From the NCBI GenBank assembly GCA_017470585.1, contig JAFUYI010000006.1:1-63173 (forward strand): 63,173 nucleotides of DNA, given 5' to 3'. Position numbers and translations under genes: made by a program. The notes beneath the pieces are model-generated. The model did no database searches, was not told the DNA's origin, and saw nothing but the letters and a program-made list of their open reading frames with translations. The stretch's first letter is position 1; each line of letters begins with the position of its first letter. The DNA comes from Alphaproteobacteria bacterium (lineage in GTDB: Bacteria; Pseudomonadota; Alphaproteobacteria; RF32; CAG-239). Shown here piece after piece: positions 1-8,082 of the stretch.

Positions 1-32
1 CTAGGAGAAAGAGGGGCGTTCCTACTCTCCTT

Positions 33-72
33 GTCACCCCTCCGAGCGAGGAACGAGCGAGGTCATGGGGTC
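33..72. repeat. Dispersed repeat element (GTCACCCCTCCGAGCGAGGAACGAGCGAGGTCATGGGGTC)
   Basis: A near-identical copy lies in inverted orientation at 29412-29451. Both copies sit upstream of a paralog-cassette promoter (L1 and L6). Confidence 0.7.
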
Positions 73-173
73 TCCCGATTATAAGGGGCGGTGCCTAAAT
101 TTCAGGAGATGCCTTGACCACCTGTGGAGGCATGACGGCGGGAGGAAGGCAAAAAAGGGAAGAAGCAAAAAGT

Positions 174-185
174 GCAAAATTTTGC
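174..185. promoter_or_regulatory. Perfect 12-bp palindrome GCAAAATTTTGC abutting the -35 box of the L1 promoter (possible operator)
   Basis: The same palindrome occupies the same position relative to the -35 box of the L6 promoter (29248-29259). Confidence 0.35.
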
Positions 186-450
186 TTTACATTACTGATT
201 TTATATGCTAGGATAAAATTGAAGTGAGCGAAAAGCCGCTTTGAGGTGTCAGAACCTCTTTCGTGGTGTCTAAAAGACATAAAATGCTTCTGGCTTGATT
301 ATGGTCGGAAGGCAGGGGAATATAAAGAATACCTTGCACTATTCCACGAAATAGTTCTGAACTTCCGACCACCTCGCGGCTCTAAAAAGCCAACAGGTGG
401 TTTCTTTTTTAAGTTAACAAAAAAAAGAAATTATAAAGGGAGTATAGAAA
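186..450 (+). promoter_or_regulatory. Promoter and structured 5' leader, copy L1 (controls paralog P1)
   Basis: -35 TTTACA 186-191, 17-nt spacer, -10 TAGGAT 209-214. The leader starts at about 221 (GAAGTGAGCG). P1 arms are GAGGTG-TCAGAAC-CCTC-TTTCGTGG (243-266) and CCACGAAA-TA-GTTCTGA (344-360). Other helices: P2 TGTCT/AGACA, P3 CTTCTGGC/GTCGGAAG, P4 GCAGG/CTTGC. These are followed by ACTTCCGACC-ACCTC, the terminator at 368-410 and the SD AAGGGAG. Confidence 0.75.
368..410 (+). terminator. Intrinsic terminator (attenuator) inside leader L1
   Basis: Stem ACCACCT/AGGTGGT with an inner GGCT/AGCC pairing, followed by TTTCTTTTTT. It lies 40 nt upstream of the ATG. Confidence 0.7.
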
Positions 451-921
451 ATGAATAAATATATTTTAATGCTTGGCGTTGCCGGAGTTGCTCTTGGCAG
501 TTACGCAGCCTACGCGGGCAACTCGGCAACAATGACCGTAACAGCCACAATAGCTCATGATGTGAGCATAAATATTGAACAGGAAATGAGTTGCGGAACA
601 ATTACCATTGACCCATCGCAAAGTTTCGGTGCATGGGATTGCAATGATGATGATACTTCAAAAAACGGAGGTGTGATGTCCAAGAGCGGGACAAGAATTG
701 GCAAGATAAGTGCCAATGTTCCGGCAAGCGGATGGCATTGGACCATTACCAAAACCGATTTTCCTTCTCCGTTGGCATGGGCTGGAGGAACACCTGTAAT
801 ATCTGAGAATATTCAATCTGACGGTTTTTATCATGTATATGCATACATTGAATATAACACTGTTCCAGCAGAAGACGATTACAGTGCCACAATAACCGTA
901 AGTTATACTCCAGAAAGTTAG
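451..921 (+). CDS. Secreted DUF4402-like (pilin-like) protein, paralog P1
   Basis: 156 aa. Signal peptide MNKYILMLGVAGVALGSYAAYA, then GNSATMTVTATIAHDVS. C-terminus ..ATITVSYTPES. Belongs to the subtype without the CGGL motif. Confidence 0.9.
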   Translation: MNKYILMLGVAGVALGSYAAYAGNSATMTVTATIAHDVSINIEQEMSCGTITIDPSQSFGAWDCNDDDTSKNGGVMSKSGTRIGKISANVPASGWHWTITKTDFPSPLAWAGGTPVISENIQSDGFYHVYAYIEYNTVPAEDDYSATITVSYTPES

Positions 922-945
922 TATGAATCTGTGGTTCATCAAAAA

Positions 946-978
946 CTCGGGCGGAGGGGTAAATACTCTCCGCCCGAG
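946..978. terminator. Bidirectional hairpin terminator between P1 and bamE
   Basis: CTCGGGCGGAG (946-956) pairs with CTCCGCCCGAG (968-978). Flanked by A-rich and T-rich runs between two convergent genes. Confidence 0.75.
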
Positions 979-997
979 GGCTGTTTTGATTTTTATC

Positions 998-1462
998 TTA
1001 ATTATCCCTTATAGGATTTTTGTTTGAGTTGCCGAAAGGCAGATATTGTCCGACACCGCCGAAATATTTTTGGAAAAATCCTTCTTTTTGTTCCGGATTC
1101 GGGGTTTGTTCTTGAGCAATTTCAATCTCTCCGCCTTGTGTCTTATCAAGTCTTTCTATGGCACTGATTTTGCCTTCGGGATTAAATTTTACCACCAAAA
1201 CGTTGCGGTCAATCTCTTCGGGTGCCAAAAATGCCACCTGTTTTATTTCCGAGGACATATAAATCCATGTGTCTTTATCCAATGTAACCACGCTTGAGGG
1301 GGAGCCTAAAAGCTCTAAAACATCCTGTTTGCTCTGTCCCTTAAAGAGCATATTTATTTTTTCTTCCGAAGGCATATTGCCGGTGTGGCTTACAAAAATG
1401 TCGCTGCTGCAAGCCGCAAAAAACATTATGGAACTCAATAAAAACATTTTGCTTATTGACAT
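998..1462 (-). CDS. bamE: Outer membrane protein assembly factor BamE (SmpA/OmlA lipoprotein)
   Basis: Lipobox ..IMFFAAC, then the SmpA/OmlA-like core GQSKQDVLELLGSPS..DTWIY. The ATG at 1462 is preferred over the TTG at 1468. Confidence 0.85.
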   Translation of the reverse strand: MSISKMFLLSSIMFFAACSSDIFVSHTGNMPSEEKINMLFKGQSKQDVLELLGSPSSVVTLDKDTWIYMSSEIKQVAFLAPEEIDRNVLVVKFNPEGKISAIERLDKTQGGEIEIAQEQTPNPEQKEGFFQKYFGGVGQYLPFGNSNKNPIRDN

Positions 1463-1517
1463 TGACAAATATCCTTATATGTTAATCTCTCAAGATTATA
1501 GCACAAGGAAAAAATTT

Positions 1518-2036
1518 ATGCAAAAAGAATTTTCATACCCTTTAATTGTTGCGGAAATTCCGCAAAAAGAACAGCATTATCATATCATCGCCGATGAAAA
1601 ACAAAAAAAATCTTTGGCGCATATCTTAAAAATTCCCGAAGTCAGGGAATTAAAAGCCGATTTTAACCTTAAATCCGATTATAAAACATCGCTCCTTTAT
1701 ATTAACGGGCATATTTCATCCGCATTGGTTTTGCAAAGCGTAATCACGTTAGAAAATTTCTCTAAAAATTATGATTTTGATTTTGAACTTGTTTTTGATA
1801 CCAGAGCCACACTCGATACTCAAAAAGAGGAGGGCAAAGAATGGGATGATAACACTCCGGAAATAGTTATCGGAGGAATGATTGATTTGGGCGATATTGC
1901 CGTTGAGCAGATTGCACTTCGTTTGGATGATTACCCGCGGCAAGACGGTGAAGAGTTTAATTTTAAATCCGAGTTTGATGATAACGACATTAAAAAAGAA
2001 AATCCTTTTGCAGTTTTGGCAAGTTTGAAAAAATAG
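1518..2036 (+). CDS. YceD/DUF177 family protein
   Basis: Acidic C-terminal region ..IDLGDIAVEQIALRLDDYPR.. typical of DUF177. ATG at 1518 with AAGGA upstream. The longer ORF starting at 1269 overlaps bamE. Confidence 0.75.
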   Translation: MQKEFSYPLIVAEIPQKEQHYHIIADEKQKKSLAHILKIPEVRELKADFNLKSDYKTSLLYINGHISSALVLQSVITLENFSKNYDFDFELVFDTRATLDTQKEEGKEWDDNTPEIVIGGMIDLGDIAVEQIALRLDDYPRQDGEEFNFKSEFDDNDIKKENPFAVLASLKK

Positions 2037-2117
2037 GCAAAGGGAAAATTTTATTTTATTGACGTTTGATAAAAACAATACTAATATCACGGCAGTTTTG
2101 ATAAGGGATTTTTGATT

Positions 2118-3293
2118 ATGAAAATAATGTTTATCCGCAACCGTAACGTGTTGAATACCAAATGGCTGGTGCAATACATCAACGCTTTGCAGCAGGCTCG
2201 CCCCGATTATGAAATAGAGGTTGTCTGCGATACTTATAAAAAAGTCGGCAGTGAATTGACGTTTGATGAGAAAGTCAGGCTTATCAATCTAGACGGCAAA
2301 ACCGATAATCCGTTGATTAACATATTTCACCGTATCCGCTGCAAAATAACTCCCGGTTGGTTCCGCCATAAAAAACTCATCGAAAAAGAAAATCCCGATG
2401 TGATTGTGTGCTATTTTCCGACCGATTTGTTTAATGTTACAATGTTTCAGCACCACAACATCCCGATTATAATGATGTTGCATAATGTCCCTGATGTAAT
2501 ACTGGGAAAATATAAAAATAATCCTATTGATGCAACCTTTGACGATTTACACAAAGAGATTCAACCTTTGCGCTGGTTTCATCATCAAACATTCAAACAA
2601 GTGAGTGTATGGCAGGTTTTGCTTTCATCATTTAAACCGCTATTGGACAAAGAATTTGCTCCTAAAAAAATTGTTGCCATTCCTAATATGGTGCAGCAAT
2701 TATCCCCGCAAGATTATGCCGATTTATCGGTAGAAAAGAAAAAAATCATTTATGTTGCCCGCATTGAACGCGATGTTAAACGTCAGCACCGCTTGGTTGA
2801 AGCTTTCGGCAAAGTTGCCAAAGATTTCCCAGATTGGAGTGTAGAATTTTGGGGATTGCATAAATACCCGAAATATGGTGAAGAAATTATGGCAATCGCT
2901 CATTACTACAACATCCAAGATCGCGTTTTCATTAAAGGCTATACTACTGATATTCTTTCAGTATATAAAAATGCGGACATCCACGCATTCCCCAGCAAAT
3001 ATGAGGGGTTTGGCTTGGGCATTGCCGATGGACAGGCATCAGGACTTCCCACACTTGGTTTTGCCGAAGCACCGGCTGTCAATGAACTTATCATCGACGG
3101 ACACAACGGATTTTTAGCTTCCGATATGGAAGACTTTGCCGACAAATTAGCAATTCTTATGAAAGATAAGGAGTTGCGCATAAAATTCGGGCGTAATGCA
3201 ATTGAAGATGTCAAAGCCTTTGCCCCCGATAATGTGATTCGGATGTGGACGAAACTTCTTGATGAAACCGTTGCGGAGAAGCAAAATGCCTAA
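2118..3293 (+). CDS. Glycosyltransferase family 4 (GT-B, E-x7-E)
   Basis: Motif PSKYEGFGLGIADGQASGLPTLGF..NELIIDGHNGFL. ATG at 2118, 9 nt after AAGGGA. Confidence 0.85.
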   Translation: MKIMFIRNRNVLNTKWLVQYINALQQARPDYEIEVVCDTYKKVGSELTFDEKVRLINLDGKTDNPLINIFHRIRCKITPGWFRHKKLIEKENPDVIVCYFPTDLFNVTMFQHHNIPIIMMLHNVPDVILGKYKNNPIDATFDDLHKEIQPLRWFHHQTFKQVSVWQVLLSSFKPLLDKEFAPKKIVAIPNMVQQLSPQDYADLSVEKKKIIYVARIERDVKRQHRLVEAFGKVAKDFPDWSVEFWGLHKYPKYGEEIMAIAHYYNIQDRVFIKGYTTDILSVYKNADIHAFPSKYEGFGLGIADGQASGLPTLGFAEAPAVNELIIDGHNGFLASDMEDFADKLAILMKDKELRIKFGRNAIEDVKAFAPDNVIRMWTKLLDETVAEKQNA

Positions 3294-4260
3294 AGTATCC
3301 GTTTTAATGCCGGTTTATAAAACCAATCCGCAGCATTTGCGCGAGGCAATTGATAGCATTTTGTCGCAAACTTTCAAAGATTTTGAATTTTTGATTTTAG
3401 ATGACTGCCCGACAGACCACTCCGTGGAAGAAATCATTAAAACCTATTCCGACCCGCGCATAAAATATTTGCGCAATGATAAAAACATGGGCATATCGGG
3501 GGCCAGAAACAAGCTTATTGATTTGTCAAGCGGTGAATATTTGGCGGTGATGGACCATGATGATATATCGCTTGAAAATCGCTTTATCCGTGAGGTTGAA
3601 TATCTTGATAAGCACCGCGATGTCGGTGTGGTTTCCGTGCGGTTTACCCAATTCCCCGGCAACTACAAGGTAAATCCCATCCCCTATTCCGATCATCAGA
3701 TAAAATTAGCCTTAATGCGAACCTGTGCCATGATTCACCCCGGCGCGATGATTAGAAAATCGGTACTGATTGACAATAATATTCGTTATGAAGCGGAGTT
3801 CAGTCCCTCGGAAGATTACGCTATGTTCTGCCGTCTTATCCGCTATACCAATTTTTACAACTTTCCGGAGATTTTGTTCAAATATCGCAGACACCATACC
3901 AACACATCAAAATTGCAGGCCAAAGAAATGGTTGATTCCTCGCACCGCATCCATGCTTTTGTTAAGCGTGAGAATCCGGAGCTTTTTCAGGAATTTTTGA
4001 ATAAAGCGACACATACCAACCGTTTTTGCCTGTTTGACGGCATACCGCTGTTGACTTATGTTATGCACAAAGAGGACACAAAAGCGTTGCTGTTTGACTT
4101 TATTCCTCTTTTTTCCACCAAAACCAATGACCGGATAACCAAAGTTTCGATTTTGGGGTTGCCGTTGTTTGCCGTACACGCCAACGAATACAAAACCCGA
4201 GTTTTGCTGTTTAACTTAATTCCCGTCTTGTGTTACAAAAAACAAATTAAGTTGCGCTAA
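3286..4260 (+). CDS. Glycosyltransferase family 2
   Basis: N-terminus MPKVSVLMPVYKTNPQHLREAIDSILSQTFKDFEFLILDDCPTD..MDHDD. The start overlaps the upstream stop codon by 8 nt. Confidence 0.88.
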   Translation: MPKVSVLMPVYKTNPQHLREAIDSILSQTFKDFEFLILDDCPTDHSVEEIIKTYSDPRIKYLRNDKNMGISGARNKLIDLSSGEYLAVMDHDDISLENRFIREVEYLDKHRDVGVVSVRFTQFPGNYKVNPIPYSDHQIKLALMRTCAMIHPGAMIRKSVLIDNNIRYEAEFSPSEDYAMFCRLIRYTNFYNFPEILFKYRRHHTNTSKLQAKEMVDSSHRIHAFVKRENPELFQEFLNKATHTNRFCLFDGIPLLTYVMHKEDTKALLFDFIPLFSTKTNDRITKVSILGLPLFAVHANEYKTRVLLFNLIPVLCYKKQIKLR

Positions 4261-5150
4261 TTAAAGGAATATCCGCGCAGCAAATCTTGTGTTGCCATGG
4301 CTTTTTTGCCTTGGCGTTGGATTTCTTTTATTTCTATCGCGCCGTTTTTGCAGCCGACAAACAAACGAGATGCCCGTTGAATAATTTCGCCGGCAGGGAT
4401 TTTTTCATTGCCGGTAATTGCCCGCAGAATCTTAAAACGTTCTCCTTTATGTTCAAAGTAAACCGCCGGGTAGGGGTTAAACGCCATAATTTTATGCACC
4501 AGCTCTTCGGCACTCATTGAACAATCAAGCAGACTTTCTTCTTTTTCAATTTTGGCGGCATAACAACTCAATTCGTTGTCTTGCGCCTGCGGAGTGATTT
4601 TATCCCAATCACGCAGGGTTTTTAAGACCAAATCTGCTCCCATTAGAGCCAACTTGTCGTGTAAATCTCCTCCGGTTGTTTCCGCGGTTATTTTTATTTC
4701 GCCTTTAAGGAGCATATCTCCGGTATCAAGTCCGGCATCCATTTTCATAATCGTAATCCCGCTTTTGTCATCGCCCGCCTCAATCGCACGCTGTATGGGG
4801 GCAGCTCCCCGCCATCTCGGGAGTAAAGAAGCGTGAATGTTTATACAGCCCAAGGGATAGGCTTCCAGTACCTTTTGCGGCAAAATCAAACCATACGCCG
4901 CCACAACGGCAATGTCGGCTTTCAATTCGGCAAACTTGTGCTGTTCTTCTTCGCTGCGCAGGGTTTTGGGAGTTCTTACTTCAATCCCCCTTTCTTCAGC
5001 CCAGAGGTGAACCGGAGTTTTAAGTATTTTGTTGCCGCGTCCTGAGATTTTCGGTTCTTTGGTATATACCGCTAAAATCTCATGCTCGGAAGAAATTGCT
5101 TTCAAAGCCTCCAAAGCAAATTCCGGTGTTCCCATAAAAACGATTTTCAT
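4257..5150 (-). CDS. fmt: Methionyl-tRNA formyltransferase
   Basis: MKIVFMGTPEFA..INIHASLLPRWRGAAPIQRAI. ATGA overlap with def. Confidence 0.96.
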   Translation of the reverse strand: MKIVFMGTPEFALEALKAISSEHEILAVYTKEPKISGRGNKILKTPVHLWAEERGIEVRTPKTLRSEEEQHKFAELKADIAVVAAYGLILPQKVLEAYPLGCINIHASLLPRWRGAAPIQRAIEAGDDKSGITIMKMDAGLDTGDMLLKGEIKITAETTGGDLHDKLALMGADLVLKTLRDWDKITPQAQDNELSCYAAKIEKEESLLDCSMSAEELVHKIMAFNPYPAVYFEHKGERFKILRAITGNEKIPAGEIIQRASRLFVGCKNGAIEIKEIQRQGKKAMATQDLLRGYSFN

Positions 5151-5671
5151 TGATTTTCCTCCTCGCGGCGCAGTTTTTGCAGTTTTTTTATCAATATCTG
5201 TCTTTTTAGGCGGCTGATACGATCAATATACAAAATCCCGTCCAAATGGTCTATTTCGTGCTGTAAGGCAATGGATAAAAGACCATCTGCCGTCATCTCT
5301 CTTTCTTCCCCGTTATAGTCCTGATAATGCACTCTTACTTCCAAATAACGTGTTACCTCGGCTCTTTGCTCGGGAACCGACAAACAACCCTCAAATTGAG
5401 AACTTTCTTCTTGTGAATGCCATACAATCTCGGGGTTTACCAAATAAAGAGGACGGGGGGATTCTCCCTCGTCGGGATGAGCTGTGTCAATCACTATGAT
5501 GCGCTTTGATATTCCCACTTGCGGAGCAGCCAATCCGACGCCCTGCGCGGCATACATTGTTTCAAGCATATCATCCAAGAGTTTTTGCAAGCTGCCGTCA
5601 ACCTTTTCTACGCGGGAGGCGATTTGTTTTAAAATCGGGTGCGGATATTCAAAAATCGGTAATTTTGCCAT
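5147..5671 (-). CDS. def: Peptide deformylase
   Basis: Motifs GVGLAAPQVG, EGCLSVP and HEIDHLDG. Confidence 0.97.
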   Translation of the reverse strand: MAKLPIFEYPHPILKQIASRVEKVDGSLQKLLDDMLETMYAAQGVGLAAPQVGISKRIIVIDTAHPDEGESPRPLYLVNPEIVWHSQEESSQFEGCLSVPEQRAEVTRYLEVRVHYQDYNGEEREMTADGLLSIALQHEIDHLDGILYIDRISRLKRQILIKKLQKLRREEENQ

Positions 5672-5672
5672 T

Positions 5673-6158
5673 TTACGCCCTTATCTGCTTGGCAATCTGA
5701 TCCAAAAGGGCGTTGACCATTTTGGGTTCGTTTTTATTATAAAACGCGTATGCCATATCAACATATTCTTGAATTATAACTTTGACATCAACATCGTAAT
5801 TATTGGCGATTTCATACATGGCACACAGTAAAAGAGCCTGCAAAGTTCCATCGCAGTGGTCAAGCGATCTGCCGGAGGATAAAAACGAATTGAGCGATTT
5901 TTCCAAATCTTCTTTGGTCTTGTGAACACCTCTTACCAAATTTTCAAAGTAAGCTTTATCCATCGGCTCGACCATAACCATTTCTTCTTTGCCCAATTCC
6001 GTTTCATCAACGACATAGCGTCCGATTTCACCGTTTGCAAACTCGCGGATAACTTCTTCCACCGCCTCTCCCGAAAATGAAATTGTATAGGTTGCCTGCA
6101 CGGCGGCAAGCCTCGCGGAGCTTTTCATTTTTATTTTTTCGGAAACAAATTTTGCCAT
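5673..6158 (-). CDS. nusB: Transcription antitermination factor NusB
   Basis: ARLAAVQATY...ALLLCAMYE pattern. ATG at 6158 with AAGGA 9 nt upstream. Confidence 0.9.
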   Translation of the reverse strand: MAKFVSEKIKMKSSARLAAVQATYTISFSGEAVEEVIREFANGEIGRYVVDETELGKEEMVMVEPMDKAYFENLVRGVHKTKEDLEKSLNSFLSSGRSLDHCDGTLQALLLCAMYEIANNYDVDVKVIIQEYVDMAYAFYNKNEPKMVNALLDQIAKQIRA

Positions 6159-6169
6159 TTTCAAATCCT

Positions 6170-6640
6170 TCAGTGATTGCTGTTTTTTGCCAATTCATCA
6201 ATTTTATTTACAAATTCCTCAAAATCGCCGGCGGTGCGGAAATCTTTATAAACCGAGGCAAAGCGAATATACGCCACTTTATCGAGATTTGCAAGAGCAT
6301 CCATGGCATATTTACCGATAAGTGTTGAGGAAATTTCCGCCTCTCCCGAGCTTTCAAGCTGACGTTGAATGGAATTTACGATTTTTTCAACCCTTTCGGG
6401 GGTAATCGGACGCTTGCGCACTGCCAACTGAATCGAACGCGCCAGTTTGTCGCGGTCAAAACGCACTTTCTCGCCGTTTTTTTTAACCACGGTAAGCTCG
6501 CGCAGCATAACCCTTTCAAAAGTCGTAAACCTTGAACCACACTCCGGACATTCCCGACGGCGGCGGATAGAGGTATTATCCTCACTCAAACGCGAATCTT
6601 TAACTTGGCTTTCAATACATCCGCAAAACGGACACTTCAT
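6170..6640 (-). CDS. nrdR: Transcriptional repressor NrdR
   Basis: [24 protein letters not shown] zinc ribbon plus an ATP-cone domain. Confidence 0.96.
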   Translation of the reverse strand: MKCPFCGCIESQVKDSRLSEDNTSIRRRRECPECGSRFTTFERVMLRELTVVKKNGEKVRFDRDKLARSIQLAVRKRPITPERVEKIVNSIQRQLESSGEAEISSTLIGKYAMDALANLDKVAYIRFASVYKDFRTAGDFEEFVNKIDELAKNSNH

Positions 6641-6643
6641 TTT

Positions 6644-7960
6644 TTATCCTTTCAGCAAAACCTCGGTTACTTTGTAAAGTTGTGATGAATATCTTGCTCC
6701 CTTTATAAGGACAATATCGTTATTTTGCAACAATTTATTTTGCAAAAATTGCGCTAATCCCTCTTTATCGGCAAAATAATATTGAGTAATGCGGGGAGGA
6801 AGCATTTTTAACATATCTTTCATTTCTTCCTTAACCCCGATGACAATATCAATTTTGCTTTTCGCTAACAACTCTCCTATGGCAATATGTTCTGCCTTCG
6901 AGGTGTTGCCCAATTCCGCCATTTTGCCTAAAACGGCAATTTTGCGCCCCTGACAGGGCAAGGCATCCAAAGCCTTAACGGCAATTTTCATTGCTTCGGG
7001 TTGTCCCGAATAACTGTCATCAATAAGTGTGTAAGTTCCGCCGCCGTTTAAGGGCAGAAGGTGTTTTTTGCCTCTTCCGTCCAAGGCTCCGAAAGATTTC
7101 AGAGCCGAAGAAGCCTTTGTTTGGTCAAGTCCCAAAGCTTTAACGACTTCCAAAGCCGCCCATGCGTTATAACGCTGAATCTCTCCGTCTTGTTTGAGTT
7201 CCAAAACTCCGTTATAATGATGTTCGGAGCCGAATTTGACGACTTTGGCATTATGTTCCAAAGCTCTTTTCTCTAAAACTTCAGCAAAATTAGTATCCTC
7301 GTTGATTATGGCGGTACCGTTTGGGGGAAGCCCCTCAAAAATTTCTGCTTTGGCTTCGGCAATGCCTTCAAAATTTTCAAAAAATTCGATGTGCATTGGA
7401 TAAACATTGGTAATTAAAGCAATATCCGGTTTTACATGGCGCGTAAGAGCGGCTATTTCGCCTTTGGAACTCATTCCCATTTCAATAACGGCAAATTGTG
7501 CATCCATGGGCATTTCAAGCAAACTTTGCGGTACGCCGATGTGGTTGTTGTGATTGCCTTGCGTGGCGTATGTTTTGGCAAAAACGGACAAGGCGCATTT
7601 TATTTCCTCTTTGGTTGTGGTTTTGCCGGCACTTCCGGTCAAACCGATAACTTTTCCCTTGAAACGTGAACGGTTATAAGCCCCCAGTTTGCCGTAAGCC
7701 TCAACAGTGTTGTTTACCTTAATTTGGCAATTTTGGTTAACCCCGTCAACAAAACGTTCCACCACGGCCAACTCGCAACCGTTGTCAATGGCGGTTTTGA
7801 CAAAGTTATGACCGTCAAAATTTTCTCCCTTGATGGCGACAAACAAAGTCCCCGCGGCGGCTTTGCGGCTGTCGGTTACGATCTCGTTGATAACACAATT
7901 TTTTACTTTTGCGGCGGGATTTAGAATTTCCGTCAATTTTTGCGAAGTTATTTCTTCCAT
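6644..7960 (-). CDS. murF: UDP-N-acetylmuramoyl-tripeptide--D-alanyl-D-alanine ligase
   Basis: VIGLTGSAGKTTTKE P-loop and a Mur ligase C-terminal domain. It lies far from the mraY-ftsZ cluster. Confidence 0.93.
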   Translation of the reverse strand: MEEITSQKLTEILNPAAKVKNCVINEIVTDSRKAAAGTLFVAIKGENFDGHNFVKTAIDNGCELAVVERFVDGVNQNCQIKVNNTVEAYGKLGAYNRSRFKGKVIGLTGSAGKTTTKEEIKCALSVFAKTYATQGNHNNHIGVPQSLLEMPMDAQFAVIEMGMSSKGEIAALTRHVKPDIALITNVYPMHIEFFENFEGIAEAKAEIFEGLPPNGTAIINEDTNFAEVLEKRALEHNAKVVKFGSEHHYNGVLELKQDGEIQRYNAWAALEVVKALGLDQTKASSALKSFGALDGRGKKHLLPLNGGGTYTLIDDSYSGQPEAMKIAVKALDALPCQGRKIAVLGKMAELGNTSKAEHIAIGELLAKSKIDIVIGVKEEMKDMLKMLPPRITQYYFADKEGLAQFLQNKLLQNNDIVLIKGARYSSQLYKVTEVLLKG

Positions 7961-8082
7961 TTTCCGATTCCCGATAAAAACAATAATTATCTTATTAGTT
8001 CTTAAAAATGAAAATTTTATTACTTCGAAAAATAAATGTTATCAAGCTAGGAGTATGCGGTGTTTTTTATTTATTGAACGGA

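Noticed and set aside
243-360. The variable inverted arms flanking a conserved core, considered as DNA-level recombination sites (integron attC-like or transposon ends).
   Set aside because: No integrase or transposase is present in the window. The arms lie inside a transcribed region between a promoter and a terminator. The conserved R-box-type motifs (GTTRRRY) are absent from most copies. G-U-compatible substitutions (for example in L7 and L9) argue for RNA pairing rather than DNA pairing.
301-370. Simultaneous pseudoknot between GGTCGGAAGG (P3 3' strand) and the downstream ACTTCCGACC while P1 is formed.
   Set aside because: The downstream strand follows the ~16-bp P1 with a connector of 0-1 nt, which cannot span that helix. 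The complementarity does covary (L1 C-G vs L5 T-A). I therefore interpret it as an alternative pairing, mutually exclusive with P3 or P1, and not as a static pseudoknot.
186-450. Match of the leader to known riboswitch classes. I compared it by eye with c-di-GMP-I/II, ykkC/guanidine (CTAGGGTT in L3 and L7), fluoride, glycine, preQ1 and SAM variants.
   Set aside because: The isolated short similarities occur in only one or two copies, for example within terminator loops. None of the class-defining conserved cores is present across the copies. This was a visual comparison only, and cmscan is still required.
246-458. Small ORFs lying inside the leaders (246-458, 15052-15246, 18192-18575, 26890-27159, 28912-29196), considered as possible leader peptides or genes.
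   Set aside because: The reading frames and lengths are not conserved between leader copies, whereas base pairing is. Conservation is at the RNA-structure level. No SD precedes them.
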